DNA of 64,000 bases, taken from positions 183,206 to 247,205 of the forward strand of contig JAGWUB010000001.1 of the NCBI GenBank assembly GCA_028868715.1. Direction: 5' to 3'. Numbering within the stretch: the first letter of the stretch is position 1; the number at the start of each line of letters is the position of its first letter. A program made the translations under genes and the position numbers. The notes under the pieces are model-generated. The model was not told the DNA's origin. It did no database searches and saw only the letters and a program-made list of their open reading frames with translations. Origin of the DNA: Patescibacteria group bacterium (lineage in GTDB: Bacteria > Patescibacteriota > Minisyncoccia > Phycocordibacterales > UBA9973). This document shows positions 40,316 through 49,850 of the stretch, piece after piece.

Positions 40316-41167
40316 ATGGAACTAAAGGCAATCAATCCGACTATACACACTTACCCCCTTGTCAGGTTATTACAGGGTGCTATAATGACTATGCGTCCTA
40401 CAAGTTTGAATATGTGCACAGGGTATTTGCCTTTTTATGGCTCCAATTGCGGGCTGAAAGGGGCGACTACCTCTCCACAATTGGTTGCCTTGTGCAATTC
40501 AATCTTGTGGGACGCAGAGCTCTGGTCGTCCCTTTTTGATTTTAGTGGGACGGTCAGAGAAAGAATGACTATGTCCCACTTATTGAATAAAGTTATCAAG
40601 TTTTTCAAAGAGAGCTATTCTCCGAAGTTGAGAAGAGTTCTCTTTGGGATTCTTATTTTAGGATTGGCAGGAATCTGGTTTGTTGGCAGCTATCAGCACT
40701 CAACGATTGACTCACGCATTGCAGAACGTAAAACGCAGATTGGGCAAGAACGTGAACGAAAAGAAATCGGAGCGCAACAATACTACGACGATTGCCTGCA
40801 AAGAGAATCAACAAAACCGAAAGGACAATTTTATTTCTCTCCCTGCTTCCATCCAACACTTCTGCCGCTTGAGACGGAATACCAGTACGACAAACAACTT
40901 CGCGGACTTGGAGATTTGAAAAACAATCTTGAGTCGGGATTCTTCTACTTCGTTTTTCTCCTATGTCTTGCCGCACTCACCATCGCCATACCAGTAGTGC
41001 GATTACTCTGGCTTCTGGGTAAACTTTCGTGGAGTAAAAGCAAAATAGCAACAGCCTCATTGCGTTCGGAGTCAGCGCAGATGTCGAGTTTCCAGAAATA
41101 CTCACTCGTCTTGTCGGCACTCATTTTGATTGCGCTCATAACGATGATTTTGATTTTGCTTACATAA
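40316..41167 (+). CDS. Hypothetical membrane protein (true start possibly internal Met ~40568)
   Basis: TM helices near residues 105-125 and 225-245 and at the C-terminus. Two internal MTM starts. Confidence 0.3.
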   Translation: MELKAINPTIHTYPLVRLLQGAIMTMRPTSLNMCTGYLPFYGSNCGLKGATTSPQLVALCNSILWDAELWSSLFDFSGTVRERMTMSHLLNKVIKFFKESYSPKLRRVLFGILILGLAGIWFVGSYQHSTIDSRIAERKTQIGQERERKEIGAQQYYDDCLQRESTKPKGQFYFSPCFHPTLLPLETEYQYDKQLRGLGDLKNNLESGFFYFVFLLCLAALTIAIPVVRLLWLLGKLSWSKSKIATASLRSESAQMSSFQKYSLVLSALILIALITMILILLT

Positions 41168-41278
41168 AACTATGAAAAAACAAACTGCAAAAACCAAATC
41201 AAAGAAAAAGCCGCGCAAGGATAAGAGTGCGGAGATTCAAGTCGTCTTCTTTGCGAAGCATCCCAAGAATCCAAAACT

Positions 41279-43039
41279 ATGAACAGAGCATCTGAACAAT
41301 CACGAATAAAGTTCATCGCTTACAGCCGAAAAAGCACGGAGAGCGAAGACCGCCAGGTGCTCTCTTTGAATGACCAGAAGCGCGAACTTGAAGACGTACA
41401 GGCAAAAGAGAAGCTGCACGTTGTTGAGAAGTATCTCGGAGACAAGATAGGAGAAAGCCAGTCAGCCTATAAGCGCGGCAGACCTATTTTCGGGCACGTA
41501 ATGGAGCAAATAGAGGCTGGCAAAGCCAATGGTTTGCTTGTGTGGCATCCGAACCGCCTTGCACGCAATGCTTTTGATGGTGGTTGGATTATCACGGCAA
41601 TGGACGAAGGAAAGTTGCTGGAGATACGAACTCCGCAGAAGACCTACCATCACGACAATTCCGATGATAAGTTTTTCCTTCAACTTGAGTTCGGAATGGC
41701 AAAGAAGTCATCCGACGACAACAGCACTGCCGTAAAGCGCGGACTGAAAACAAAAGTCGGGATGGGTTGGTATCCGTCATACGCCCCACTCGGCTATCTC
41801 AACACCAAAGACAAAGACCTCAAAGGCAGCAATCATATTCAGATTGACCCAGAACGCTATCAAATTGTTCGTAAGATGTGGGACTTGATGCTCACGGGCA
41901 GATACACACCTCCAGAGATTTTGAGAATGGCAAACAAGCAGTGGAAGTTGAAGACGCGGACATCAAAGAAACGCCCTCTGCCTAAAGAAATGGCACGCAG
42001 TCATATCTATCGCATTTTCACCAACCCGTTTTACTGTGGATGGTTTGAATATGGCAAGCCAGTTCTTCAAGAAGACGGTACGCGACGTAAGCCGTGGTAC
42101 AAAGGCATTCACCAGCCGATGATAACGGTGGAAGAGTACGACCTCGTACAGAAACTTCTCAAAGAGAAAGGACGACCGCGCCCGAAGCGTCATCGTTTCG
42201 CTTTCACTGGTTTGATGCGCTGCGGCAACTGTGGTGCGATGATAACAGCGGAAGAGAAGATAAAGAAACAAAAGAACGGCAACGTGCATCATTACGTTTA
42301 CTATCGCTGCACGAAACGCAAGGATGAAAATTGTCCAGAGAAAACCGTCGAGCTGAAAGAATTGTCCAATCAGATTGATGATGTAATAAAAACAATTACC
42401 GTTTCGGAAGATTTCAAAGACTGGGGACTCCAGTATCTCCACGAAGTCCGCAAGGAAGAAGCAAAGACTCACGAAGCGGTGCAGAGAAGTAAGCAGAACG
42501 ATTCGCTGCGCATCACAAAGCAACTCGACAGCCTGGTGCTCAAGTACGCATCACCAGAGAATGCCAGTGGCGAGATTATCAGCGACATTGAGTTCCAGGG
42601 CTTGAAGAAGCGGTTGCTCGATGAAAAAGCAAGAATCACTAACGAGCTGCAAGAGCAGCACAAGGTGTTTGAGGACTGGCTGGATATGAGCGAGCGCACC
42701 TTCAATTTCGCACGCTACGCGGGTCTGTGGTTCGCCCAGGGCGATATGGAAACGAAGAGAGCCGTATTTGCCTGTCTCGGTTCGCACCTGGTTATTAGCA
42801 GCCAAAAACTCAACGTGCAGCTACGCAAGCCGTTCACTATGGTGTTCAAGAAGCTCGCGGAAGCGGAGAAGGAACTTGCCCAGGTTAGAACCTCTCTTGA
42901 ACCACAAAAAGCAGAAAACGCCCTCATAAAACAAAACAATCTTGCACTTGTCGTGCAAAATTGTTCAAACTGGCGGAGGCGGAGAGATTCGAACTCTCGA
43001 TACCTTTCGGTATGCCACCTTTCCAAGGTGGTGGAATAA
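41279..43039 (+). CDS. Large serine recombinase (integrase)
   Basis: N-terminal 'IAYSRKSTESEDRQVLSLNDQ', a recombinase domain, a Zn ribbon 'CGNCGAM...C' and a C-terminal coiled coil. The last ~23 codons read through the antisense of tRNA-Ser. Confidence 0.8.
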   Translation: MNRASEQSRIKFIAYSRKSTESEDRQVLSLNDQKRELEDVQAKEKLHVVEKYLGDKIGESQSAYKRGRPIFGHVMEQIEAGKANGLLVWHPNRLARNAFDGGWIITAMDEGKLLEIRTPQKTYHHDNSDDKFFLQLEFGMAKKSSDDNSTAVKRGLKTKVGMGWYPSYAPLGYLNTKDKDLKGSNHIQIDPERYQIVRKMWDLMLTGRYTPPEILRMANKQWKLKTRTSKKRPLPKEMARSHIYRIFTNPFYCGWFEYGKPVLQEDGTRRKPWYKGIHQPMITVEEYDLVQKLLKEKGRPRPKRHRFAFTGLMRCGNCGAMITAEEKIKKQKNGNVHHYVYYRCTKRKDENCPEKTVELKELSNQIDDVIKTITVSEDFKDWGLQYLHEVRKEEAKTHEAVQRSKQNDSLRITKQLDSLVLKYASPENASGEIISDIEFQGLKKRLLDEKARITNELQEQHKVFEDWLDMSERTFNFARYAGLWFAQGDMETKRAVFACLGSHLVISSQKLNVQLRKPFTMVFKKLAEAEKELAQVRTSLEPQKAENALIKQNNLALVVQNCSNWRRRRDSNSRYLSVCHLSKVVE

Positions 43040-43058
43040 ACCGCTATCCGACGCCTCC
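42971..43058 (-). tRNA. tRNA-Ser (anticodon GGA), CCA encoded
   Basis: Acceptor GGAGGCG/CGCCTCC. Anticodon arm CCACC-TTGGAAA-GGTGG. Variable arm ATACC-GAAA-GGTAT. T-arm GAGAG-TTCGAAT-CTCTC. Confidence 0.8.
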
Positions 43059-43129
43059 AGTAAACTCCTGCTTATAATCTACATCATTTTAAGTAAAAAG
43101 AAAGTTTTATGCTATGATGATGTATCGTT

Positions 43130-43885
43130 ATGAAAAATATTTTTGTTATAAATAAAAAAGAAGGGGAAACTCCGCTTGAAGCCCTAGATAAGTTTAAAAA
43201 AAAGAATCAAAAGTACAACAACACAAAGATGACCTACGCTGGGCGACTTGATCCAATGGCGAGCGGCCTTTTACTTGTCTTGGCTGGCGAGGAAACAAAA
43301 AATAAAGAAAAATACCTCTCTTTAGACAAAGAATATGAATTTGAAGTTCTCTTTAGCTTTGCAACTGACACCTTTGATATTTTAGGGAAAGTCGTCTCTT
43401 CGGATAATTCTGCTGGAAAAGATCTAACAGAGGTGGAATTTAAGAAAAGTATTAAAAATAATTTAAAATATTTCACGGGAAAGTTTATACAGCAATATCC
43501 TATCTATTCTTCAAAGACAGTAAAAGGCAAACAACTTTTTGAATATGCTCGTGCAGGTTTAAACGTTGAGGTACCGAGTAGGTCCGTGTATGTGAAATCT
43601 TTGAAATTAATTAAACTACGCAATATTTCCAGTCGGAAGCTTTTAGCTAATGTTGAAAAAAGAATTTTAAAAGTTAATGGTGATTTTCGGCAAAAAGAAA
43701 TTTTAACTATCTGGAACAAATATTTAAATGTTGGCACGCACGACTATACAATTGCCAGTTTTAAAATTAAATGTAGTAGTGGCACCTATGTGCGGGGGAT
43801 AGCTGACAACTTAGGAAAAAGGATTGGTATTCCCGCCCTAGCATTTTCAATCAAAAGAACAAAAATTGGTAAGTGGAGTAAATAG
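43130..43885 (+). CDS. truB: tRNA pseudouridine synthase (TruB family)
   Basis: 'YAGRLDPMASGLLLVLAGEETK...LG..TDT.D..G' TruB catalytic motif. Confidence 0.65.
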   Translation: MKNIFVINKKEGETPLEALDKFKKKNQKYNNTKMTYAGRLDPMASGLLLVLAGEETKNKEKYLSLDKEYEFEVLFSFATDTFDILGKVVSSDNSAGKDLTEVEFKKSIKNNLKYFTGKFIQQYPIYSSKTVKGKQLFEYARAGLNVEVPSRSVYVKSLKLIKLRNISSRKLLANVEKRILKVNGDFRQKEILTIWNKYLNVGTHDYTIASFKIKCSSGTYVRGIADNLGKRIGIPALAFSIKRTKIGKWSK

Positions 43886-43902
43886 TATTCGAGTGTTAAA
43901 AT

Positions 43903-46881
43903 ATGGCTATGGCTAAGGAGGATATATTTGAAGAGGACTATAAAAAGTTAAATAAAGCCCAAAAAGAAGCCGTAGACACCATAGATGGGCCGGTAATGGT
44001 GGTAGCCGGCCCTGGTACTGGTAAAACGCAAATATTGGCCCTACGCATAGCAAATATACTAAAAAAGACCGATTACGGCTCTAGTAGTATTCTATGTCTG
44101 ACATTTACCAATTCTGCCGCTTTGGCAATGCGAGAAAGGCTACGTAAATATATTGGCGCAGAGGTTTCAAAAGTTAAGGTGGCGACTTTTCATAGTTTCG
44201 GGTTGGAAATGTTAGAAAAATATTATGCAGTTATAGGATTAGACGTAGAGCCAAAATTAATGGATGAAAAAGACACCATAACTCTCTGTGACGAAATTTT
44301 GCATCAAAATGATTGGGAGCATATTCGTCCTCGAGCAGATGCTTCGAGGTATTTCCACGATTTAAAAAGTTTGATTTCATTACTAAAACGAGAACGTTTA
44401 ACCCCAGACAAGTTTGAGAATGAAATAAAAAAAGAAATAAAAAATATTGAACAGGATCCCGCAAATATTTCTTCTCGAGGAGAAAGTAAAGGTAAACTGA
44501 AAAAGGAAGTAGAGAAAAAAATAGAAGGACTTTATCGAACTCTGGAGGCCGTAAAATTCTATAGTTTATATGAAGATGCTAAGCAGGAAAGAAATTTGTT
44601 TGATTACGATGATATTTTAGAATCCTTAAATAAAATAGTAGAAGAGTCCGATGAAGCCAATAGTTATATCAAAGAAAACTTTCTGTATGTATTAATAGAC
44701 GAACACCAAGATAGTAGTGGAGTGCAAAATGAATTTCTTTCCAAGGTTTGGAAAGGCTCGGAGGCACCGAATATTTTTGTAGTTGGAGATGATCGGCAAC
44801 TCATTTATGGTTTCGGTGGAGCCTCCCTAGAGTATTTTGATAATTTCAAAAGCACTTTTGGTAAAGCAAAATTAATTACTCTCACTGAAAATTATCGCTC
44901 CACCCAAAATATTTTGGATTCATCTCATAATTTGCTTCAAAGTACGCTTACCAAAGGTAAGCTGACGAGTAACCATAAAGAAAACCACGCTCTTCGTTTA
45001 ATCGAAGCATATTATCCAAGAGATGAGATAATTTTTTCAGCGCTGGAGATAAAGGATAAAATTAAACGTGGTCAGGATCCAAATGACATGGCAATCTTAG
45101 TCCCCAAAAATCGACAAGTGCGAAGTGCGGTTACAATATTAAAAACTATGGGCGTGCCTGTGGCCGGTGGAGAGTCTACAAATTTCTTTGAATCCAAAGA
45201 AGCGATTTCACTACTGCGAGTTCTAAAAATTATTGCAAACCCAAATGATGGTGTGGCACTAGCCAATTCTTTTTTTGACCCACTTTCGGGAATTTCTCCA
45301 ATCAAAGCGCACGAATTTTTACGAGATCAAAAAATGCGAGAATTCTCATTACTAAATATCAAAGAAGAGAAAAATAATTTATTTGAGAATAGTAGTGAAA
45401 TAAATGTGTGGCTCGGGAAACTAAAATTATGGTTGGAATTTTCGTCAGAATCTCTATATACTTTTATCCAAAAAGTTGGCACTGAATTTTTACTTGATAC
45501 TGCCAATAATCACGATGATTTAATTGTGCGTATTGAAGTTGTTCGTACGATACTTCACCTAGTCTTAATGCAGACAAATAAAAATTTAAAGCCAAATTTA
45601 GTTGAATTCTTAAATTTTTTAGACAGAGTTGAACAATATGGTGAAAATATACCACTTGCCATTTTTGCTCCTAACGATGGTGTGAAAGTTCTTACTTTAC
45701 ATGGATCCAAGGGCCTAGAATTTGATTATGTATGGATAGCCCACATGGACGAACGCTCTTTTTCTAGCGGGAAGGTAGGAGGGTTTTCTTTACCTGAATC
45801 CGTAAAAGTAAAAGTCGAAGTTCGTGATGAAGAGGTTTTGAAACGGCAATTATATGTTGCCATTACTCGCGCCAAAAGGTTTTGCACCATCTCCTATGCG
45901 ATCAATTCGTATGCAGGTAGGGATCAACAGCTTGCAAATATTGTGGCGGATATTGGAGACAGTTTTGAAAAACAAAATGCCGATGAAACAGAAAAAATTA
46001 TTTTAAAGAACAACGAGCTTGCTTATGTGGAAAATAAGCAGGAAGTGAATAAACATACAAACTTAAGTGACGTCATAAAGTTAGTTAAACAAGATTATGA
46101 AAACCGTAAGGTTTCCGTGTCTCTCTTGAACAACTTTTTCGAGTGTCCTTGGAAGTGGTATTTTAGAAATTTACTTCAACTGCCGGAACCAAAATCTGAA
46201 AGCTTGGAATTTGGTAATATTGTGCACGGTTCTATCGATCAAGTTTTAAAACTTACCAAAAAACCAAGTGAACAGGATTTGCATAAGATAATTTTACAAC
46301 AAGTTCAAAAATCTGGTTATGGTAACAATCGGAAGCAAAAAGAATTACTTGATTTAGCTTTTAAAATTGTCTCCAAGTGGGCAAACGAAAGACTTCCTGA
46401 AATAAGTAAAAATAGAGAAAACGAGCAAAGTGTTTCGGTCATCGATGATAATTTTCCACACCTAAATATTTACGGGAAAATAGACTTAATAGAACACTTA
46501 GATGTACAGCATATTCGAGTGACGGATTTTAAAACAGGTGGAGTTAGGAAAAAGTCTGAAATAGAAAAAATTGATGAGGAAGGGAGATTGAGCAATTACA
46601 TGCGCCAGCTAGCAATGTATTCATATTTGATCAAACAAAGCCCAAAGTGGAAAGTGGAAGTTAGTGAATCTAGGCTTGAGTTTGTGGAGGCGAAAAATAA
46701 GGCAGAGATTTTCTACAATACTATAATAAAAAATGAACAAATAAATTTAGTTGTGAAAGATATCAAAGATTATGATCAATTAGTGAAAACAGGCGAGTGG
46801 ATAGATAGGCCCTGCAACTACAATTCCTATGGTAAAAACACCGAGTGCGAATATTGCAAACTAGCTGGAATCTATAAATAA
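43903..46881 (+). CDS. UvrD/PcrA-family helicase fused to C-terminal PD-(D/E)xK Cas4/AddB-like nuclease
   Basis: Walker A 'VAGPGTGKTQ', helicase motifs, and a C-terminal 'CPWKWYFRN' and 'C..C...C' cysteine cluster. Confidence 0.75.
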   Translation: MAMAKEDIFEEDYKKLNKAQKEAVDTIDGPVMVVAGPGTGKTQILALRIANILKKTDYGSSSILCLTFTNSAALAMRERLRKYIGAEVSKVKVATFHSFGLEMLEKYYAVIGLDVEPKLMDEKDTITLCDEILHQNDWEHIRPRADASRYFHDLKSLISLLKRERLTPDKFENEIKKEIKNIEQDPANISSRGESKGKLKKEVEKKIEGLYRTLEAVKFYSLYEDAKQERNLFDYDDILESLNKIVEESDEANSYIKENFLYVLIDEHQDSSGVQNEFLSKVWKGSEAPNIFVVGDDRQLIYGFGGASLEYFDNFKSTFGKAKLITLTENYRSTQNILDSSHNLLQSTLTKGKLTSNHKENHALRLIEAYYPRDEIIFSALEIKDKIKRGQDPNDMAILVPKNRQVRSAVTILKTMGVPVAGGESTNFFESKEAISLLRVLKIIANPNDGVALANSFFDPLSGISPIKAHEFLRDQKMREFSLLNIKEEKNNLFENSSEINVWLGKLKLWLEFSSESLYTFIQKVGTEFLLDTANNHDDLIVRIEVVRTILHLVLMQTNKNLKPNLVEFLNFLDRVEQYGENIPLAIFAPNDGVKVLTLHGSKGLEFDYVWIAHMDERSFSSGKVGGFSLPESVKVKVEVRDEEVLKRQLYVAITRAKRFCTISYAINSYAGRDQQLANIVADIGDSFEKQNADETEKIILKNNELAYVENKQEVNKHTNLSDVIKLVKQDYENRKVSVSLLNNFFECPWKWYFRNLLQLPEPKSESLEFGNIVHGSIDQVLKLTKKPSEQDLHKIILQQVQKSGYGNNRKQKELLDLAFKIVSKWANERLPEISKNRENEQSVSVIDDNFPHLNIYGKIDLIEHLDVQHIRVTDFKTGGVRKKSEIEKIDEEGRLSNYMRQLAMYSYLIKQSPKWKVEVSESRLEFVEAKNKAEIFYNTIIKNEQINLVVKDIKDYDQLVKTGEWIDRPCNYNSYGKNTECEYCKLAGIYK

Positions 46882-47049
46882 ACTAAAAAAGATATCTTGG
46901 ACCGTTGTCTAGCCAGCCCAGATAGTAGCCAATGATGGCAAAAACTATTGTTAAAATAATGAAAATTATATAAGTTTTTTTCATCCTTAAATTCTATCAC
47001 AGTATTCTTTTTGCTTGAAATTTGGTTCCATTGTCGTTAAGATGAGCTT

Positions 47050-47976
47050 ATGGTTGAAGAACAGTATCAAATAATTCTTTTTTATAAATATGTGCATTTA
47101 GATGATCCGGAGGCTGTAAAGCTTTGGCAGAAAGAGCTGTGTACTAAGCTTGGCTTAAAGGGGAGATGCATCATTGCGTCTGAGGGAATTAATGCCACAT
47201 TTGAAGGTACAAAGGAAAATATCAAAGAATACGTAAAGGAGCTAGAAAAAGACAAACGTTTTCAAGGTATTCATTTTAAACTGAGCGCGGGAACTGGAAA
47301 TGCTTTTCCAAAACTTTCTGTAAAAGTCCGTAAAGAAATAGTATCACTCCATTTGGGGGTTTGTGACATAGATCCAAATCAAATCACCGGCATTCATTTA
47401 AAGCCAGAGGAGCTCCACAAGTGGATACAAGAAAAAAAAGAATTTTATATTGTAGATATGAGGAATGCCTACGAGCATAAGGTGGGGCATTTTGAAAATT
47501 CTATCCTTCCGCCCATAGAGAATTTTCGTGATCTGCCAAAAGTTGTGGAGCAAATTGCTCATTTGAAAAATAAAACCGTGCTAACTGTTTGTACTGGAGG
47601 AGTACGTTGTGAAAAAGCTTCTGGATTTTTAATTACGGAAGGATTTACGGATGTATATCAACTAGATGGGGGAATAGTCAGCTATATGGAGAAATATCCA
47701 AATGAAAATTTTCAAGGAAAACTTTATGTTTTTGACGGGAGAGTTTCAATGGGGTTCTACACCGATGACAAGAAACATAAAGTAGTGGGTAAGTGCGATG
47801 TCTGTCTAGCGCCATCAGAGAATTTTGTAAACTGCTCAAATCCAGTATGTCATAGGCACTTTATAAGTTGCGAGAATTGCTTGGCCAAAAATGAAGGTAA
47901 GGCGCTTTGCCCAGGTGGATGTGTTCTTTCTCGTCATGGTAGAAAGATTAGTCCACTTGAGGTAAATTTGATATGA
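47050..47976 (+). CDS. trhO: Rhodanese-domain tRNA U34 hydroxylase-like protein (TrhO/YceA family)
   Basis: Active-site cysteine in 'VCTGGVRCEKASGFL' and a C-terminal Cys-rich tail. Confidence 0.7.
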   Translation: MVEEQYQIILFYKYVHLDDPEAVKLWQKELCTKLGLKGRCIIASEGINATFEGTKENIKEYVKELEKDKRFQGIHFKLSAGTGNAFPKLSVKVRKEIVSLHLGVCDIDPNQITGIHLKPEELHKWIQEKKEFYIVDMRNAYEHKVGHFENSILPPIENFRDLPKVVEQIAHLKNKTVLTVCTGGVRCEKASGFLITEGFTDVYQLDGGIVSYMEKYPNENFQGKLYVFDGRVSMGFYTDDKKHKVVGKCDVCLAPSENFVNCSNPVCHRHFISCENCLAKNEGKALCPGGCVLSRHGRKISPLEVNLI

Positions 47977-48010
47977 TTACTAAAGATTATTAGTCTAATT
48001 AATTTTATAT

Positions 48011-48283
48011 ATGCCGATCATAGATATACATGGTAAAAAAGTGAGTATTCCAGAAGGAAGTGATTCTGCAAAACATGCGGCGCACTTCTTGGAAAAGAAC
48101 CCTGAAAACGCTAAAGCTTTTTTTGATGAGGCCAAACTCAATGTTTATACTGGCAGTAAAACTGGGTTAACCCATTTTACCACCAATAAACCTGGCGGAT
48201 ATCACGGAGCTACTGAGTTTACGCTGATTCACACTGGTCATGACCAGTACGAACTCAGAAAGAGAGAACACCATATTTTTTAA
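48011..48283 (+). CDS. Hypothetical protein
   Basis: 90-aa ORF. Confidence 0.3.
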   Translation: MPIIDIHGKKVSIPEGSDSAKHAAHFLEKNPENAKAFFDEAKLNVYTGSKTGLTHFTTNKPGGYHGATEFTLIHTGHDQYELRKREHHIF

Positions 48284-48288
48284 ATTGC

Positions 48289-49419
48289 TTAACGGATAGT
48301 TGCTCCGAAAATTTTTGCTGTTTCAGTCTCCAATTTTTTATGGACTTCATCTATCTCTTTTCCAGTGAGTGTCTTTTCCAGTGAGCGATAGGTGATTCTA
48401 TAGGCATAACTTACTTTTCCCTCACCAAATTTTTCAACGTTCTCATATTTATCCAAGAGTTCTACTTCTTCTATAATTCCAGGTGCCAATTCTCGGACAA
48501 AATCAAAATAATCATTTGGAACAAAATCTGTTTTGACTACAAAAGAAATATCTCTAACTATTGGAGGGTATTTACTAACTTCTTTAAATTTATTTCCAAG
48601 CTTCAGTTGTTTTTTAACGCGATCATCTTCGGACCAAAGTAATCGAATGTCTGGTAGCTGCATGCTGGCAATAGCTAAGCGCTCGAGCCCAAAACCAAAA
48701 GCCCAACCATGATAGCCCTCTAGCCCTAAATTTGATAAGACGCTTTTACGTACCATTCCACAGCCCAACATTTCAACCCATCTACCATTAATTTCTGCCT
48801 CCATTTCAAAACTAGGATCTGTATAAGGGAAGTTGTGGTCATAAAAACGAAAATTTATATTGCCAAAAATACTTGTGGCTATTTCCGAAAGAGTATTTTT
48901 TAAGTCCTCGGGGGTAATTGTTTTTTTATCATCTGGAGCTATCAGCCATCCACCAAACTGATGGAAAACATTCATGTGGTGACGATCAATTTCGTCTTTA
49001 CGGTAAACCTTACCATAACAAATAGCTCCAAGGGTTTCTTTATTTTCAATTCTCTTTTTTATATCTGGATGATTTAAGTAATAGTACCAAAAGACTGTGT
49101 CATGAGTTCGTAAAACATTTCCTTCATCTACATAATAAGTGTCGGATTTACTACGAGCTGGGTGTCCTTCGGGCATATTAAACAAATCAAACATAATATT
49201 TACCGGAATAATTTCTGGAATTTTTATATCATCAAAATCTTTAAGGCTCGGAACCTTTTTTGCTTTCTTTACAATTTCTTCGAGTGGGCTCCCAGAGGTT
49301 CGGGACAAATCCGGCATGGATAAATAGCGTTTTAAGCGGAGTGAGTATATATCCTGTTTTGAATCCAAGTCCCTTTTTAATGATTCTTCTTCGGGAGAAG
49401 TTACAATATAGTTTGACAT
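48289..49419 (-). CDS. pheS: Phenylalanine--tRNA ligase alpha subunit
   Basis: 'FNMPEGHPARSKSDTYYV' motif and class II motifs 2/3 ('GWAFGFGLERL'). Confidence 0.75.
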   Translation of the reverse strand: MSNYIVTSPEEESLKRDLDSKQDIYSLRLKRYLSMPDLSRTSGSPLEEIVKKAKKVPSLKDFDDIKIPEIIPVNIMFDLFNMPEGHPARSKSDTYYVDEGNVLRTHDTVFWYYYLNHPDIKKRIENKETLGAICYGKVYRKDEIDRHHMNVFHQFGGWLIAPDDKKTITPEDLKNTLSEIATSIFGNINFRFYDHNFPYTDPSFEMEAEINGRWVEMLGCGMVRKSVLSNLGLEGYHGWAFGFGLERLAIASMQLPDIRLLWSEDDRVKKQLKLGNKFKEVSKYPPIVRDISFVVKTDFVPNDYFDFVRELAPGIIEEVELLDKYENVEKFGEGKVSYAYRITYRSLEKTLTGKEIDEVHKKLETETAKIFGATIR

Positions 49420-49599
49420 TTCTTTAGTTTAGGGAAAAATAGCTCAAAAGTAAAGCTTGGCAAGTTAAACCAAAAATGATATACTCTCAACGTGAATCAA
49501 GGTAAACATTCAAATAAAAATTCTGCATGTTTTAGCAAATATATTTGCCCTTCAACTTTTAGAAGGCTGATATTTGCGCTGTAAAAAATTTTAAAAAAC

Positions 49600-49640
49600 T
49601 TACAACCTAAATACCAGTCTTCTAAAAAAGACTGGTATTT
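49600..49640 (+). terminator. Hairpin with T-run upstream of small ORF (terminator/attenuator-like)
   Basis: aataccagtcttc-taaaaaa-gactggtatt followed by ttgttcttt. Confidence 0.4.
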
Positions 49641-49652
49641 TGTTCTTTAGGA

Positions 49653-49826
49653 GAAAAAAACTATGTGTGACATGTATCATGTGGAGGATAATGATTTTCC
49701 TTCAAAGGAAATTGTTCTTTCAGCGGCCGAAAAAGAAGAAGCCGAAATCGAGCTCAAATCTGGTAATAACATACTAGAAAAAGACATAACTCCAAACAAT
49801 CGGGGTGACGCCTGGGGTACACCCTG
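49653..49826 (+). CDS. Small acidic protein (57 aa), own SD and terminator
   Basis: SD 'aggag' 8 nt upstream. Protein reads 'MCDMYHVEDNDFPSKEIVLSAAEKEEAEIELKSGNNILEKDITPNNRGDAWGTPWIL'. Confidence 0.35.
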
Positions 49827-49850
49827 GATTCTATAAAGTGCGGATAAAAA

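Larger units (their letters stand above)
32520..43058. mobile_element. Integrated GC-richer genetic element (serine-recombinase type) adjacent to tRNA-Ser(GGA)
   Basis: GC content rises visibly. The element carries a large serine recombinase whose 3' end overlaps the tRNA, an Xis-like HTH, an R-M/defence operon and unknown cargo. The left boundary is approximate. Confidence 0.6.

Noticed and set aside
39745-40350. 201-aa minus-strand ORF opposite the 313-aa plus-strand ORF
   Set aside because: The plus-strand ORF is longer, carries the element-specific ATGACNATG start and fits the plus-strand gene block. The minus ORF is likely GC-driven antisense.
41963-42523. 186-aa minus-strand ORF
   Set aside because: It is antisense to the serine recombinase gene, whose motifs are clear.
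49420-49650. Possible T-box leader upstream of pheS
   Set aside because: I looked for the conserved T-box sequence (AGGGUGGNACCGCG) on the pheS strand and did not find it. The hairpin at 49600-49640 is better explained as a terminator or attenuator for the flanking small gene.
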